Positions 21,246 to 31,558 of a stretch of DNA of 64,000 bases are shown one piece after another; within the stretch, counting starts at the first letter, position 1, and each line of letters begins with the position of its first letter. The notes below the pieces were generated by a model, which had not been told where the DNA came from, did not search any database, and saw nothing but the letters and a program-made list of their open reading frames with translations. The DNA is from an uncultured Planctomycetaceae bacterium (GTDB taxonomy: Bacteria; Planctomycetota; Planctomycetia; Isosphaerales; Isosphaeraceae). Both the position numbers and the translations under genes were made by a program. The DNA lies in the NCBI GenBank assembly GCA_963833985.1, contig CAWIAD010000002.1:2048001-2112000 (forward strand). Direction: 5' to 3'.

Positions 21246-21362
21246 CCCTGCTTCATCGAGGTCGCCCGCAGTCGCCGAGAGTATCAGGTTCTCCATGCAT
21301 GCTCTTATTGGAGGTGAACGTTAGGCAATTCCACACGCGAGTGTGAGCATGTTGAATCGGGT

Positions 21363-21407
21363 AAATGAACTCAATGAAACCAACGTTCTCAATGCGATCA
21401 ATTAAAC
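21363..21407 (+). repeat. Five 9-bp phased degenerate repeats (CAAT-type) upstream of an RHH gene
   Basis: AAATGAACT CAATGAAAC CAACGTTCT CAATGCGAT CAATTAAAC. Confidence 0.5.
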
Positions 21408-21417
21408 CGGAGCGGCA

Positions 21418-21642
21418 ATGAGTCTCAGGGATTTAAGCACGGCTTCCGCCACCTCGGTCGAAGCCCCTACGAAGCACAGGACTCCTGCTGGGCACAGAGT
21501 CATTCACCTGGTGGTTCCTGAATCCACGTTCGTCCATGTTCACAAGCAGGCACTGGAGTCCGGAATGCGGTTCTCGCAATACATGAATAAGTTCCTCTTG
21601 GAGGCATTCCCTTACTCATCTGGGCAAGGGTCCGCCTCCTGA
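21418..21642 (+). CDS. Small RHH-like protein
   Basis: GGAG RBS; VIHLVVPESTFVHVHKQALESGMRFSQYMNKFL. Confidence 0.6.
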   Translation: MSLRDLSTASATSVEAPTKHRTPAGHRVIHLVVPESTFVHVHKQALESGMRFSQYMNKFLLEAFPYSSGQGSAS

Positions 21643-21711
21643 ACAATGCCCAGTGCCGGGATGGCCGAGCACAACTTCGTCGATCCGGTTCAACAGAGAA
21701 AGGAAGTACAT

Positions 21712-22473
21712 ATGGCAAAACCTATTCACGAGCGGTCTCGCTACTACGACCTGGGTGACGATTTCGAACTGGCTTTGAGACGTGCTAAGCATGACGACTC
21801 CATTACCTTGCACTTACATAAGGACCTCATGTCTCAAATAGGCGTCGCTTTCGGCGATCGCGTGAACCTCTTTAGTGATGCCGGTGTTTTCCCCGATTCA
21901 ATTGCAATCGGCAAGGTGGATTACGGAGGTTCCAAGTATCGTCGCACTGCCCCGACTCGAGGTTCGGCACAGTTTCCACTGCCCAGAGAAAAGGTCAAGC
22001 AGTTCTTCCCCGACGATCAACGGCTCTATGTCCCCTTGAGACACGAGGTCGAGGATAGCCGACTGCTTTGGTTCTCACTTCCTCCCGGCAAGACCGCGAT
22101 AGAACTGGAGGACAACACCGCGTCCTCATCTCCGACACCAAGCACTAGCATCACTTCGGGCCAGGCTGCTCAAAACGAGATGGACTCGGAGGATGGTCTC
22201 CCCAGCGATCAGTCAGATTTGGAGGGCTCGGTAGATCGAACAGAACAGGAGAGCACTTGCACTACGGAGTGGGAGGAGTTTGAGGACGAAGCGGTCGCCC
22301 TCGACTGGGATGATTCTGAGATTGAAACCAACCCATTCTCATCATTCGACTCAGCTGACGCGGATACGACCGACGCTCAGCTCACGGCAAAGAGCGTCAT
22401 CGATGACACTTCGCTCGCTTCCACAACATCACAGGAAGATAACCAGCAATGTACGTTCGTGACGGGTCGGTAA
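21712..22473 (+). CDS. AbrB/SpoVT-like domain protein with acidic disordered tail
   Basis: SITLHLHKDLMSQIGVAFGDRVNL; D/E/S/T-rich C-terminal half; AAGGA RBS. Confidence 0.5.
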   Translation: MAKPIHERSRYYDLGDDFELALRRAKHDDSITLHLHKDLMSQIGVAFGDRVNLFSDAGVFPDSIAIGKVDYGGSKYRRTAPTRGSAQFPLPREKVKQFFPDDQRLYVPLRHEVEDSRLLWFSLPPGKTAIELEDNTASSSPTPSTSITSGQAAQNEMDSEDGLPSDQSDLEGSVDRTEQESTCTTEWEEFEDEAVALDWDDSEIETNPFSSFDSADADTTDAQLTAKSVIDDTSLASTTSQEDNQQCTFVTGR

Positions 22474-22791
22474 GGATACTGCTGATCTAGTTCGAACAGC
22501 GGTCGCCTAATCTCACGCACGCTATTCAATGCCTCGGTTCTGTGGGTCCCTCCCCCAGGTGAAATGCACAGATTCCGTCCAGATCCCTGGCCTTGAAGGG
22601 AACGGCGTGGGCTCTGAGGCAGCGGGGATCAAGGACATGGTTTGCTTTGACAAGCAACAAGGAAATCCACGATGAAAAGGAACTTGAAGTTTCTTCTCGG
22701 CCTCGAGTGATCTCCGGAAGACCTAGTCCTCACCCTAATCACGCGAAAAGATCACTCAGCTCTTGGTTCCCTTGGTTTTCGGGAGGATCCC

Positions 22792-23451
22792 GTGAGAGAC
22801 GATTCAACTTACCATTCACAGATCGAGCTCACGCCAATTGCGATCTGCTTGACGCTTCCTCATGGAGGGCCTGGTGTTGTCCGACTCGCGGCTAGCAACC
22901 CCTTCCGAGAGGTAGAGGACGATCGCCTCGAAGTTCAGGTCGTCAGTCCCAGTGATTGTTGGCTCGTACGTACTCGTCAATCATCTTGGCTCCTGCGGAT
23001 GTTGGACGTCGAGAAGGGGGTTTTCGAGGTAGAGCTAACGATTGAGTTGGTAAACCATCTCATCAAACTCGGTAATCCTGGATACGAACGTCTCTATCCA
23101 TTTCCCAGGTTACGAAGTACGGGACGCCCGAAAATGGGTCAGTGCCGTGGCCTGTTGGCCTCTGCTCCATGGGGTCTCATGCTCATCGACCTGGAAGGCT
23201 CGCCACGGGATAAAACCTACGTGGATTGCGGGCAGGTTTTCAGTCCGTTATGGATCAAGCTAGCGTCTTGTCCCAGCTCGAGGTTTTGGGTAGCTCTGAT
23301 CTCCTCTGACAAGCTGGAGACCTTCAGAGTACCATTCCCTAAATTGATCAATACGACTCTGTCTCATGCAGTCCTGCAAGCGTCCCAGTCGGATGAAGGT
23401 GCTGACTACTTCCCAAGAATCGCTGACGAGTTGGATGAGTCTGCCCTGTGA
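22792..23451 (+). CDS. Hypothetical protein
   Basis: GGAGG RBS before GTG; 219-aa ORF. Confidence 0.5.
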   Translation: MRDDSTYHSQIELTPIAICLTLPHGGPGVVRLAASNPFREVEDDRLEVQVVSPSDCWLVRTRQSSWLLRMLDVEKGVFEVELTIELVNHLIKLGNPGYERLYPFPRLRSTGRPKMGQCRGLLASAPWGLMLIDLEGSPRDKTYVDCGQVFSPLWIKLASCPSSRFWVALISSDKLETFRVPFPKLINTTLSHAVLQASQSDEGADYFPRIADELDESAL

Positions 23452-23519
23452 CGTTTTCGTCGAATTCCGGTCCGAATTCTGGTTTCGAGACTATTCATCT
23501 GACATCGGAGAATTAAGAA

Positions 23520-23795
23520 ATGCCGCGAACGTTCTGGACCCCGGAACGAGACCAACTTCTTCGAGACAAGTATCCGCTCATTGGACCAAAACTCACCGCG
23601 AGTCTCTTCGGAACATCTCGCCGGTCAATCATCAATCGGGCCCACCGACTGGGTGTGAGAGTACCGTATCCCAAGAATCGGGCCAGCCCCAGCTTTCCTC
23701 CCAAGTCCTGGTCATCGGCACAAAAACAATTGGCCACGGTCCTACTCGGTCTCTTTCAATCCGCCTCGATCACCCACTCGAACCGCTTGCTCTAG
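23520..23795 (+). CDS. Small Myb/GcrA-like HTH protein
   Basis: WTPERDQLLR...LFGTSRRSIINRAHRLG; GGAG RBS. Confidence 0.6.
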   Translation: MPRTFWTPERDQLLRDKYPLIGPKLTASLFGTSRRSIINRAHRLGVRVPYPKNRASPSFPPKSWSSAQKQLATVLLGLFQSASITHSNRLL

Positions 23796-24010
23796 CTCAA
23801 GTCCAGCCGAGGAGCACAGAACCGTTTGAGACCGCGTCCGTAGTTCTCGTCGCTCTAGGACGCGATATTCAGCCAAGGTCTGCCAAGGTCGGGGTCCTTA
23901 TGGTTGAGGTAGTTACTAGAACCTGAAAACCGAGCCTCCCAGGGAAACCCGTTTTATCCGGGGTAGCCAAAACGAAAACGAAAAGGTCCAAGGTTTCCGA
24001 GCGGCAATCC

Positions 24011-24201
24011 ATGCCCGAAACCCAGAAACCCCGAGATACGGAGAGACGGACGATTGCAGCCCTGAAGGGCGGTTCTGAGTTCCATGCCTGGTTTGGTCGC
24101 TTTCAGCAGAAGTTTCGATTGCCGGCCGCCACTCTCCTCGATGTCGCTTACGTGTGGAGCTTTGCAGAGCCCAAGGCTTCGATGAACCACCACCGGGGTG
24201 A
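24011..24201 (+). pseudogene. Paralogue of the 20280 RHH-like gene with a scrambled/frameshifted 3' end
   Basis: MPETQKP..LKGGSEFHAWFGRFQQKFRLPAATLLD; the GFDEPPP* ending lies in another frame. Confidence 0.55.
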
Positions 24202-24407
24202 TCCCATTTACCTTGGAGTTCTGGGCTCAGCCCTTTGGAGCAATACCAGATCCGACTCCAGACCAATCTCCCAGTCCAAGGCCGAGTATACCTGAGGGAA
24301 CTCGGCCAGGGTCCTACTCGAGCAACACGAGGCCATCACCTCGAGTGTTACGAAGATCTTACTTCCTGTGCCATCCACCCACCGAGAAGTTGAAAACGGA
24401 GAAAGCC

Positions 24408-25103
24408 ATGAGATCCAGGGATCCTGGTATATCCATCCGGTCAGCTGAACAGGGAGGTGTGCTTGTCCAGATGCAAGTGCCCCTGAAGTATGCCCGATGT
24501 ATTGGCATTGATGAACCTCCCATCCATTTGGTTCTTGTGACAACGAGAAAAGGGAAGGAACTCCGCCTGTCCAAGGAGGGTAGTAAGGGGGGCAGGCTCT
24601 TGGCAAGTACGGACAAGATACTCATCGTCGATGACTTCTTGAAGGTCACATTCCATCTCAACGGCCGACAATTCCGGAAAGTAAGACAACTTTGCCCTGA
24701 CTTCATCCCGAGAAGAATTGACTTGGACCATAAGGAGAGAACGCTTCTTCGATATGGCTTGGATGTCTTTGAGGTTGATTACGATGATAAGACGTACCAT
24801 GTGGTTATGATGCACGATCCAGAACTTATCATCGATGAAGATTCAGACGTAGCGGCAATCGTTACTCCGGTGACAAGTGATGGCAAATGGCAAGACGCCG
24901 CCAGCCCGCCAATGTACATCGATTGTACTGGACAACCAACTTGGACTGTGCCCCCGATTGAATACGTCACGGTGCGACCCAAGCAAATCAGATGCACGAC
25001 GCCATACGAATTATCGATCTTCGAAGTAGACCAGACTTCGTGGGATCGCGTTCTGCAGTGGCTGGACGAGAGGGGTGCTCGAGAGCAATCGGAAGGGAAT
25101 TGA
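24408..25103 (+). CDS. Hypothetical protein, paralogue A
   Basis: GGAG RBS; shares GG.LV, TFHLN.RQFRK, IEYV and SW.R...W..ER.ARE with 26467-27153. Confidence 0.7.
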   Translation: MRSRDPGISIRSAEQGGVLVQMQVPLKYARCIGIDEPPIHLVLVTTRKGKELRLSKEGSKGGRLLASTDKILIVDDFLKVTFHLNGRQFRKVRQLCPDFIPRRIDLDHKERTLLRYGLDVFEVDYDDKTYHVVMMHDPELIIDEDSDVAAIVTPVTSDGKWQDAASPPMYIDCTGQPTWTVPPIEYVTVRPKQIRCTTPYELSIFEVDQTSWDRVLQWLDERGAREQSEGN

Positions 25104-25596
25104 AATACTGATGAATAAAACGATGCTTTTGTACCTTGCACGAGGAGAACATGGCCGAGTGAATCTCAATACTAGAAGGGGACACTTCTATCCCACGCGA
25201 AGGTAACTTGTCGTCTGTCGCAGAGGGCCCAGGCTGGTCTTTCGCGTGCTGGAGGACGACCTTCACTTGGGGTATTCGAGCGATTGATGAACTCGATCTG
25301 GAGTGGGACCCAGTAACCTATCAAACATTCCTGGTTAAGATGCCGGTCGGGTATGGAGAGGCAAAGCATGAAGAATGCTGTATCGGCAAGCCAGGTTACG
25401 GGTTTCTGTTTCAGGAATTTTCAATCAGACAACACGTTCAATCACAGGAGATTCCAGCCAAAATCGGCTGCTGATCAAGCCGTTCGGGCGACTTTTCTCT
25501 TTGCGAGCCCCTAAGAGCCATGAGTTTCCTCCTCCTATCAGCGTCGGTGAAGCCGTTTCTCATAACGTCGCTGATAGCGGCTAGGAACATAATGGG

Positions 25597-25833
25597 ATGA
25601 TGTGCTGGTCCGAGAACGCCGGCAGGATCGACTACGTCCAGATCCCGGCAACATTGCTCCAGGACCCCATCCGTAACGGTTGCGAGTTCATAGAATGCGG
25701 CTTGAACCAATGGAACGAGGAACAGAAGGTCCGAATCGCCTCCCATCTTGAAAAAGAACTTCTCAGGCTCACAGATGAGTTCCAGCGAGATGCCTCAGCA
25801 CGCGGAAGTGATGTACTTCCGGTTGCCACTTGA
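25597..25833 (+). CDS. Small hypothetical protein
   Basis: 78-aa ORF with a helical C-terminus; AGGA upstream. Confidence 0.3.
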   Translation: MMCWSENAGRIDYVQIPATLLQDPIRNGCEFIECGLNQWNEEQKVRIASHLEKELLRLTDEFQRDASARGSDVLPVAT

Positions 25834-26466
25834 ATGTTGAAAAACCCGTCAATTATACGGCGGTTCTGATCATCTGAGGTAGAGAACTCTGCCCTCTCGG
25901 CCGGCCTAGCCTCAGCTCGAGAACCAAGAATTGGAACCTGGCCTCCTTCCTCCTTGTTGTCGCCCTGACAACCGTCATCCAATCACATCGACTTTATCAA
26001 CCCACTCTAGCCAGTCATCGGCCCCGGGAATCTCACGATTCCCCAAGGACCGCCTACGTCTCAAAAGCAGTACGCAACCTTCGAGGAGGATGCCCGCTCA
26101 GTCTGTCGCCGGGACCACTAGCATGACGTCGAGCATCGATCATCGACCGTCCAGCTACGATCGAGGAATGACAGGGAGCTGGTCCTCGTCGTGCCGCTGG
26201 ACTTTGTGGCCCGGCAGCGGCTTCTCGACCTACGGCGTGCCGAGGATCGGCAAGTCACGTCGGTAACGATGATATAGCAAAGAATTCCATTCATGTTTCG
26301 GGTATGAGAATTGACGAGAGCAAAGTGTTCTCGTGGGGAGAAATTGCCAAATTCGACCATCATTGCAGATTTGGCCAATTGCACAAACCACACTGATTAC
26401 GGTCCCGGCAGGCTTTCCGAGTGTTTTCTGGCGAATTCCTTTTCCTGCTCTCTTCGGAGATTACCC

Positions 26467-27153
26467 ATGGACTTCTTTGAAGGCGTGATTACTTACCAGC
26501 CACTCAACAAGGGCGGTATGCTAGTTCATTTTACCCTGCCCTTGACGACGGCTAGAGAACAAGGCTGGGATCAAGCTCCGGTCTATTTGACGCTCACGAC
26601 GGCATGCGAAAGCGGCATACGCTTGTCCAAGACTTCTGAGAGGAAGAGTCAAATTGCCGAGGTCGATAAACTGGCCGTGTTCGATGAGATGCTGAGGATT
26701 ACATTCCACTTGAATCATCGACAATTCCGGAAATTGAAATGCCGTACTCGTGGTCTCGTTCCAGACCATTTGGGTCTTACCAGAAATGGGATGGCAATTC
26801 GTCGGATGGGCCTTTACTTCTTCGTCGGTGAGATCCTGGATAGGGAGTGTTTCTTGGTAATTTTACATTACCCCGATTTCGTCATTGATCCAAGTGTGGA
26901 CACCTTAGATTTCTTTAACCCGGTGATAGTCAATGGCGTCTGGCAGAATGATCGTCAGAAGCCGCTGTATGTAGATCGCAACCTAATACCCACGGATTCA
27001 CGCCCGTCAATCGAGTACGTGCAACTGAAGCATAAGAAGATCAAGAGTAAGACAAACCAATTCGCTGTCTTTGAAACAACTGAGGCGTCGTGGGAACGCC
27101 TGAAGCGTTGGGGTGAGGAACGGTCCGCCCGTGAATCCTTAGAATCGAACTGA
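26467..27153 (+). CDS. Hypothetical protein, paralogue B
   Basis: GGAG RBS; colinear similarity to 24408-25103. Confidence 0.7.
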   Translation: MDFFEGVITYQPLNKGGMLVHFTLPLTTAREQGWDQAPVYLTLTTACESGIRLSKTSERKSQIAEVDKLAVFDEMLRITFHLNHRQFRKLKCRTRGLVPDHLGLTRNGMAIRRMGLYFFVGEILDRECFLVILHYPDFVIDPSVDTLDFFNPVIVNGVWQNDRQKPLYVDRNLIPTDSRPSIEYVQLKHKKIKSKTNQFAVFETTEASWERLKRWGEERSARESLESN

Positions 27154-27654
27154 GCTGCTCCGGCTCTAAAGTGCTACTTGTGATCAAAGTCGAGTCCCTG
27201 CCGACCTGCAATTCAACTAATCCGAGGAAGGTCTCCATTCCAGTAATACAACACCATGCCACAGTTTTCTGTGGTTCTCCGTGGCAATGCCCAGGGCTTA
27301 AGATGCCTCAGTTCATGAATTGACGTCAGAAACGAGTTCTCGCACTCACAACTGAATAACAATCGATAATGGACTTGGGGACCACCCCCAGTGAACTCCT
27401 TCGACTAGTTCCACCACAACCACCGGAGCGATGAAACCGTTACCGTCTTCTGAAAGACTTGGAATTCGGGAAGTATCCGGAGGTCAACCAGTCAGCCTGA
27501 GCAGTGACAGAACTTCCGAAAGAACTGAAGCTGCAATGTGACATGAGATTTCAGAGCAATACGGTTCGAGGCGACGTGGATCTCGCTCAGTCTTAAAGGA
27601 TCGAGATTAAAGAAACAGCTAGTCAGGGAGGTAAGTCGGGAACTCTCTCTTCAG

Positions 27655-28266
27655 GTGGGTCTGAAGTATCCTGCCTCTCAACCGGGTAACGGGGTTTTGG
27701 ATAACTTATCCAAGCACCAAGCTTGTACCAGCATCGATCAGGTACTGGTAAATGCCGCACTCGCCAACCATCACATCCAACATTACCTGTCCGATCCTCC
27801 CCTAAACCGGATCTGGACGCTCGAAGCGATCGATCGGAATCCAAACGTCCTCGTCGAATTTGAGCACGTGACCGTCATTGGAGGGCCCGGGGAATTACTC
27901 GCAACAGCCAAGCACAAGAAATTCGGCCATTTTCTCGGCATCAAACCCCTTGGACTGGACGACCCAGTCCATCCCACTCGCATTCTCTTCATCTACGAGA
28001 TAACCAGCCCCTACAACCGACGCGTTGAGCAACGACGAGCTCTCAAACGGATGCTGGGCCGGCAGCATCGCTCGCTCGTTACCAAAGCCGCCAGGGCCAC
28101 CAACAGAGACTTCCTGAAGTTCGATCTCACTCCTGAAGGGGCCAAGGCAATCAATCGACGCCTCAAACTGGACCCCGGTCGTTTCTGGCGAGTGGCCAAA
28201 GGCAAGGAGTTCCTGGACCTACCAAAACCAGCCCTCCAACTCCTTCTGTTCGATCTCGATCAATGA
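27655..28266 (+). CDS. Hypothetical basic protein
   Basis: 203-aa ORF with Arg/Lys-rich C-terminus ending QLLLFD; start uncertain. Confidence 0.55.
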   Translation: MGLKYPASQPGNGVLDNLSKHQACTSIDQVLVNAALANHHIQHYLSDPPLNRIWTLEAIDRNPNVLVEFEHVTVIGGPGELLATAKHKKFGHFLGIKPLGLDDPVHPTRILFIYEITSPYNRRVEQRRALKRMLGRQHRSLVTKAARATNRDFLKFDLTPEGAKAINRRLKLDPGRFWRVAKGKEFLDLPKPALQLLLFDLDQ

Positions 28267-28562
28267 CCCGTTTGGCCCCGGCATGGAATCGGAAGGGGTC
28301 GTCCGGCTGGGCCACGGGGCTTATCGTCTGGGAGTCCAGTCCGACGAATGAATTCGGGGACCTCGATCTAAGTCTCATCAGTCGATCTTGATCTCGCTCC
28401 GCTAGGTCCGACCTGTGTCCCTGGGAGCCGTGAAGTCGGTGCGTCCAGTCCCATTTAAGTCAAAGGCTTGATTCGGACTCCATATCCTGGCAGCAGAAGA
28501 GAGCATTCGGCCCTCTGGCCCCCAGGTCAGCGTGGGTCATCATCTTGCACAGGACCAACTCG

Positions 28563-28898
28563 ATGAAGCCCAAACCCAAGAATGAAGCCAGGCATCGATT
28601 TCTCTATCGCGTCTGGTTGAAGGACTCGAAATGGGTGGTCCTCCGCCACCTTATCGTCAAACAGGGTCCCAAACGGATCGTCATCCGGCCTGATCCCTTC
28701 GATGAATTCAGCGAGGTAACTCGCCGTACGAAGCCCCTCGTTTACTTGGACCGTGACGAGTTTGAACGTAGTGGTTCGGCTTTCAGGATCCCCTTTGGTC
28801 GGCTCTACATCAGCAAAGAGGCGGCACGGTTCGAGGTGGAAATCCGGGCTCTCGAACACCTGGAAGCTCAAGAAGTCGATTCAGACAGTCGGAACTGA
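28563..28898 (+). CDS. Hypothetical protein
   Basis: AGGA RBS; followed by a GC hairpin (GGGCCGGG...CCCGGCCC, ~28908-28937). Confidence 0.5.
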   Translation: MKPKPKNEARHRFLYRVWLKDSKWVVLRHLIVKQGPKRIVIRPDPFDEFSEVTRRTKPLVYLDRDEFERSGSAFRIPFGRLYISKEAARFEVEIRALEHLEAQEVDSDSRN

Positions 28899-29195
28899 TT
28901 CTCGCCCGGGCCGGGCTGAGTTTCCCACACCCGGCCCTCATCGATCCTGAAGGGGCCAATGCAATTCATCGACGTCTCAATCTGAACCCCGGTCGTTCGT
29001 TCGCCTCCGATTGCCACCGGAAAGCTCTTCTTATGTCCAGCTTTGGCGATCCATGAGTCAGTTTTGATGGTCAGGCAATCTGGTGATCTCCGATGCTCAG
29101 GTTCAACTTGTCATGAGATCGACGGCAGGTTGCCTAACCCCGGACCAGATCCGGATTTAAAGTTGCTCGCCTCGAAAACCAGCATCCAATAACAA

Positions 29196-29258
29196 GGAAT
29201 GGCATAAAATCGGATAGAATGGGACTTGAAATCGGATAGAACAGGAATAGAATAACAG
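29196..29258 (+). promoter_or_regulatory. 10-11-bp phased direct repeats upstream of the excisionase-like HTH gene
   Basis: GGAATGGCAT AAAATCGGAT AGAATGGGAC tt GAAATCGGAT AGAACAGGAAT AGAATAACAG; exact 13-mer AAATCGGATAGAA at 29207 and 29229. Confidence 0.55.
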
Positions 29259-29306
29259 TGATGATTGAACTGAGCAACAATACCGGACACCTCAGCCAAG
29301 CAAACC

Positions 29307-30041
29307 ATGAAAGTGCTCCTGATCGAAGAAGTGGCGAACATCCTCCGTTGCTCCGAGCAGGACGTTGTGACCGAGATCGAATCGGGCAAACTCAAGGCCT
29401 TCCGAGTATCAGGGCAGCTGCGGGTGCTCGAAAGCGAACTCCAGTGTTTTGTGTCAGGGACCCCTCCGGTCCAAGCACTACAACCATCTGCCGAACACAC
29501 AGGAGCTAGCATGTCCTCCATCGTCACAGCCGATGCCGTGCTCGTGAAGGATCTGGCAATTCAGGTGGAATCGATGCCTGGTTTCACCTACGTCTGGCCC
29601 GACGGGGAGCCCAATGAATATAAGGACCCCTTGAGCATCACGGTCCAGCAAGGCGATAGGAAGGCCTACTTCATCATCGGGAAGGCGAGATCCCCCAAGA
29701 AGCAGCTCGGTCAGCTGCGGTGGCGTTACAACATCTTTCTGACCTCGACACCACGAAGTGCTCAGGGCCTGATCTCCGTGCTCGACTTTGTAGGCGGCAA
29801 CGAGTTCGATCAGGACCACCTGATGGCGAGCCTGATCCGCCACCGCGACGGGAGCTTGGTGAAGGAGTCCGACGCCATCCCGCCGGAGTACATCGGTTTC
29901 AGGCTCGTCCAGTTCAACAGGATCGTCCATGGCCCCTACGCCCGCAGTGGCCTGGCCGTCGTGGCCCAGAAGGACGACATCGAAACGATGATTCAGCACG
30001 CCGTGATCCGGGCAATTCAAAAGGGATGGCTCAAGTGGTAA
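29307..30041 (+). CDS. Excisionase/MerR-type HTH fused to an unknown C-terminal domain
   Basis: LLIEEVANILRCSEQDVVTEIESGKLKAFRVSGQLRVLESEL. Confidence 0.75.
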   Translation: MKVLLIEEVANILRCSEQDVVTEIESGKLKAFRVSGQLRVLESELQCFVSGTPPVQALQPSAEHTGASMSSIVTADAVLVKDLAIQVESMPGFTYVWPDGEPNEYKDPLSITVQQGDRKAYFIIGKARSPKKQLGQLRWRYNIFLTSTPRSAQGLISVLDFVGGNEFDQDHLMASLIRHRDGSLVKESDAIPPEYIGFRLVQFNRIVHGPYARSGLAVVAQKDDIETMIQHAVIRAIQKGWLKW

Positions 30042-30118
30042 GCCACTTCCAGGATCTGTCCGTGGCTCGACGCGTCTCTCACCTGGTCCTGTCCACCCTC
30101 TAACCCTGTGAGGCTCGT

Positions 30119-31162
30119 ATGCAGTACACACCAGAGGAATTCATCGACAGGTTCGCAGTTGCCGTAACGTCCTTGGAAAAACACTTCGCCGCTGCCCCGG
30201 ACCGACTCGGGGACGTAAACGTCGAGGCTGAATTGCGAGGTTGGCTAGATGGTAACGACAGGCCGCTACCCTGGGCCGGTTTCGGAGTTACGACCGACGA
30301 GTGGTTCTTCGTCACGACCCTCTATGGTCAAAGGACGCGGCCCCTTCAGAGGGCTTTGATCCGGCGGTATTTCCCGCTCTTCGTTCACGAGGCCGGACGA
30401 GACATCAGGAAGCTCAGTCCCGAACTCACTCGTGATTGGGTCCTGGACCACGACTGGATGAAGCCCCGCCTGTTCCGCATGGCTGCTATCCTCCGTGATC
30501 GGCAGTTGACGATGAAGGCGTACGTCAATCAATTGAGGGAGCTGGAGCAAGGAGCCACAGCGGAGGATCCCACTCCTGCCCTAGATGCCATCGTCAGGGA
30601 CCATCGGGCGTCTGGGTGGAAGACACTCAGTGTGTTCGTACGCGACTGCGTGGGAGGCAACTGCTTCCCAATCGACAGTCGAGTCGAGAAAGAACTTCTA
30701 ACTCGCAGATTGCCAATGGACGAGCGTCAGCTCGTGTCTCTGTCGCTTAGCGTGGGCAGGAACCCAAGGCAAGTCGCCAGGATGTTCTACGAGGCAGGGG
30801 GTGAAGGAGGAGATTTCTCGATGACGAACTTTCGACAATGGAGTTCTCCTGGTTCGCAAGGGAGCCACGTTGCTTTTCCGATGGAACAACCAAAATCGGC
30901 ACCTTTTCCATCAGAGAGGTCGATCATGATCCGCGAATTGACCAGCCTGAAGGGAGCAACATCGGGCTACATCTTGAATCTCTACGGAGGGCCGACGGGG
31001 AAGATCGGCAATGTTGTTCACCCATATGACTGCCCCCATCTGGGAATGATGAAGATACCCCCTCGAAAGATCTGGGGATCCTCCGTTGAAGAGCTGGAGG
31101 AATGGGTCAAAGCCCATGGGGGCCATCTGGATCCAACCACTCCGACATGCGGCAACGTGTGA
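30119..31162 (+). CDS. Putative HhH-GPD-like (DNA glycosylase fold) protein with a small His/Cys C-terminal domain
   Basis: SGWKTLSVFVRD...FPIDSRVEK resembles the HhH G.K...[FL]PVD..V pattern; HPYDCPH...C tail. Confidence 0.5.
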   Translation: MQYTPEEFIDRFAVAVTSLEKHFAAAPDRLGDVNVEAELRGWLDGNDRPLPWAGFGVTTDEWFFVTTLYGQRTRPLQRALIRRYFPLFVHEAGRDIRKLSPELTRDWVLDHDWMKPRLFRMAAILRDRQLTMKAYVNQLRELEQGATAEDPTPALDAIVRDHRASGWKTLSVFVRDCVGGNCFPIDSRVEKELLTRRLPMDERQLVSLSLSVGRNPRQVARMFYEAGGEGGDFSMTNFRQWSSPGSQGSHVAFPMEQPKSAPFPSERSIMIRELTSLKGATSGYILNLYGGPTGKIGNVVHPYDCPHLGMMKIPPRKIWGSSVEELEEWVKAHGGHLDPTTPTCGNV

Positions 31163-31181
31163 AACCTCATGGGAAAGCTGG

Positions 31182-31210
31182 AGGGGCTGATTCATCAGGA
31201 GTCAGCCCCT
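31182..31210 (+). terminator. Stem-loop after 30119-31162
   Basis: AGGGGCTGATTC-ATCAG-GAGTCAGCCCCT, 12-bp stem with one G-U pair; weak U-tract. Confidence 0.4.
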
Positions 31211-31558
31211 TCTCCGTGCTCGACGCAATTTCAAGAGCTGCAATGGTCGGCCACGCCCCTAGTCGATGGGCCGCAGACGTCCGAAGGCCCCTGAAGACGA
31301 TAAAGTCGGTCAGAGAATAGGCTCAAGGCCTCGGCCAGCATGTTCGTGCAGTATCGCCTGTCCCATTCCCGCCTAGCTCTTCCTTGAACCGAGGTAGCCC
31401 TGGGCCTCTGACCCATCCACTTCGCACCGATTACATCTTCCAATCAAGAATCGGTCAGCGGAATCTCAATCCCCTCCAACGCGTTCGACCTCACCGCAGG
31501 GTAGTGGTCTCAGGGGCCAAACGCCCTCGATCACTCTCAACGCCGAGGAGTATCAATC

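Noticed and set aside
27154..27654. Structured ncRNA or array in long intergenic gaps (also 19475-20279)
   Set aside because: Only short scattered hairpins; no repeat periodicity or recognisable RNA family by eye
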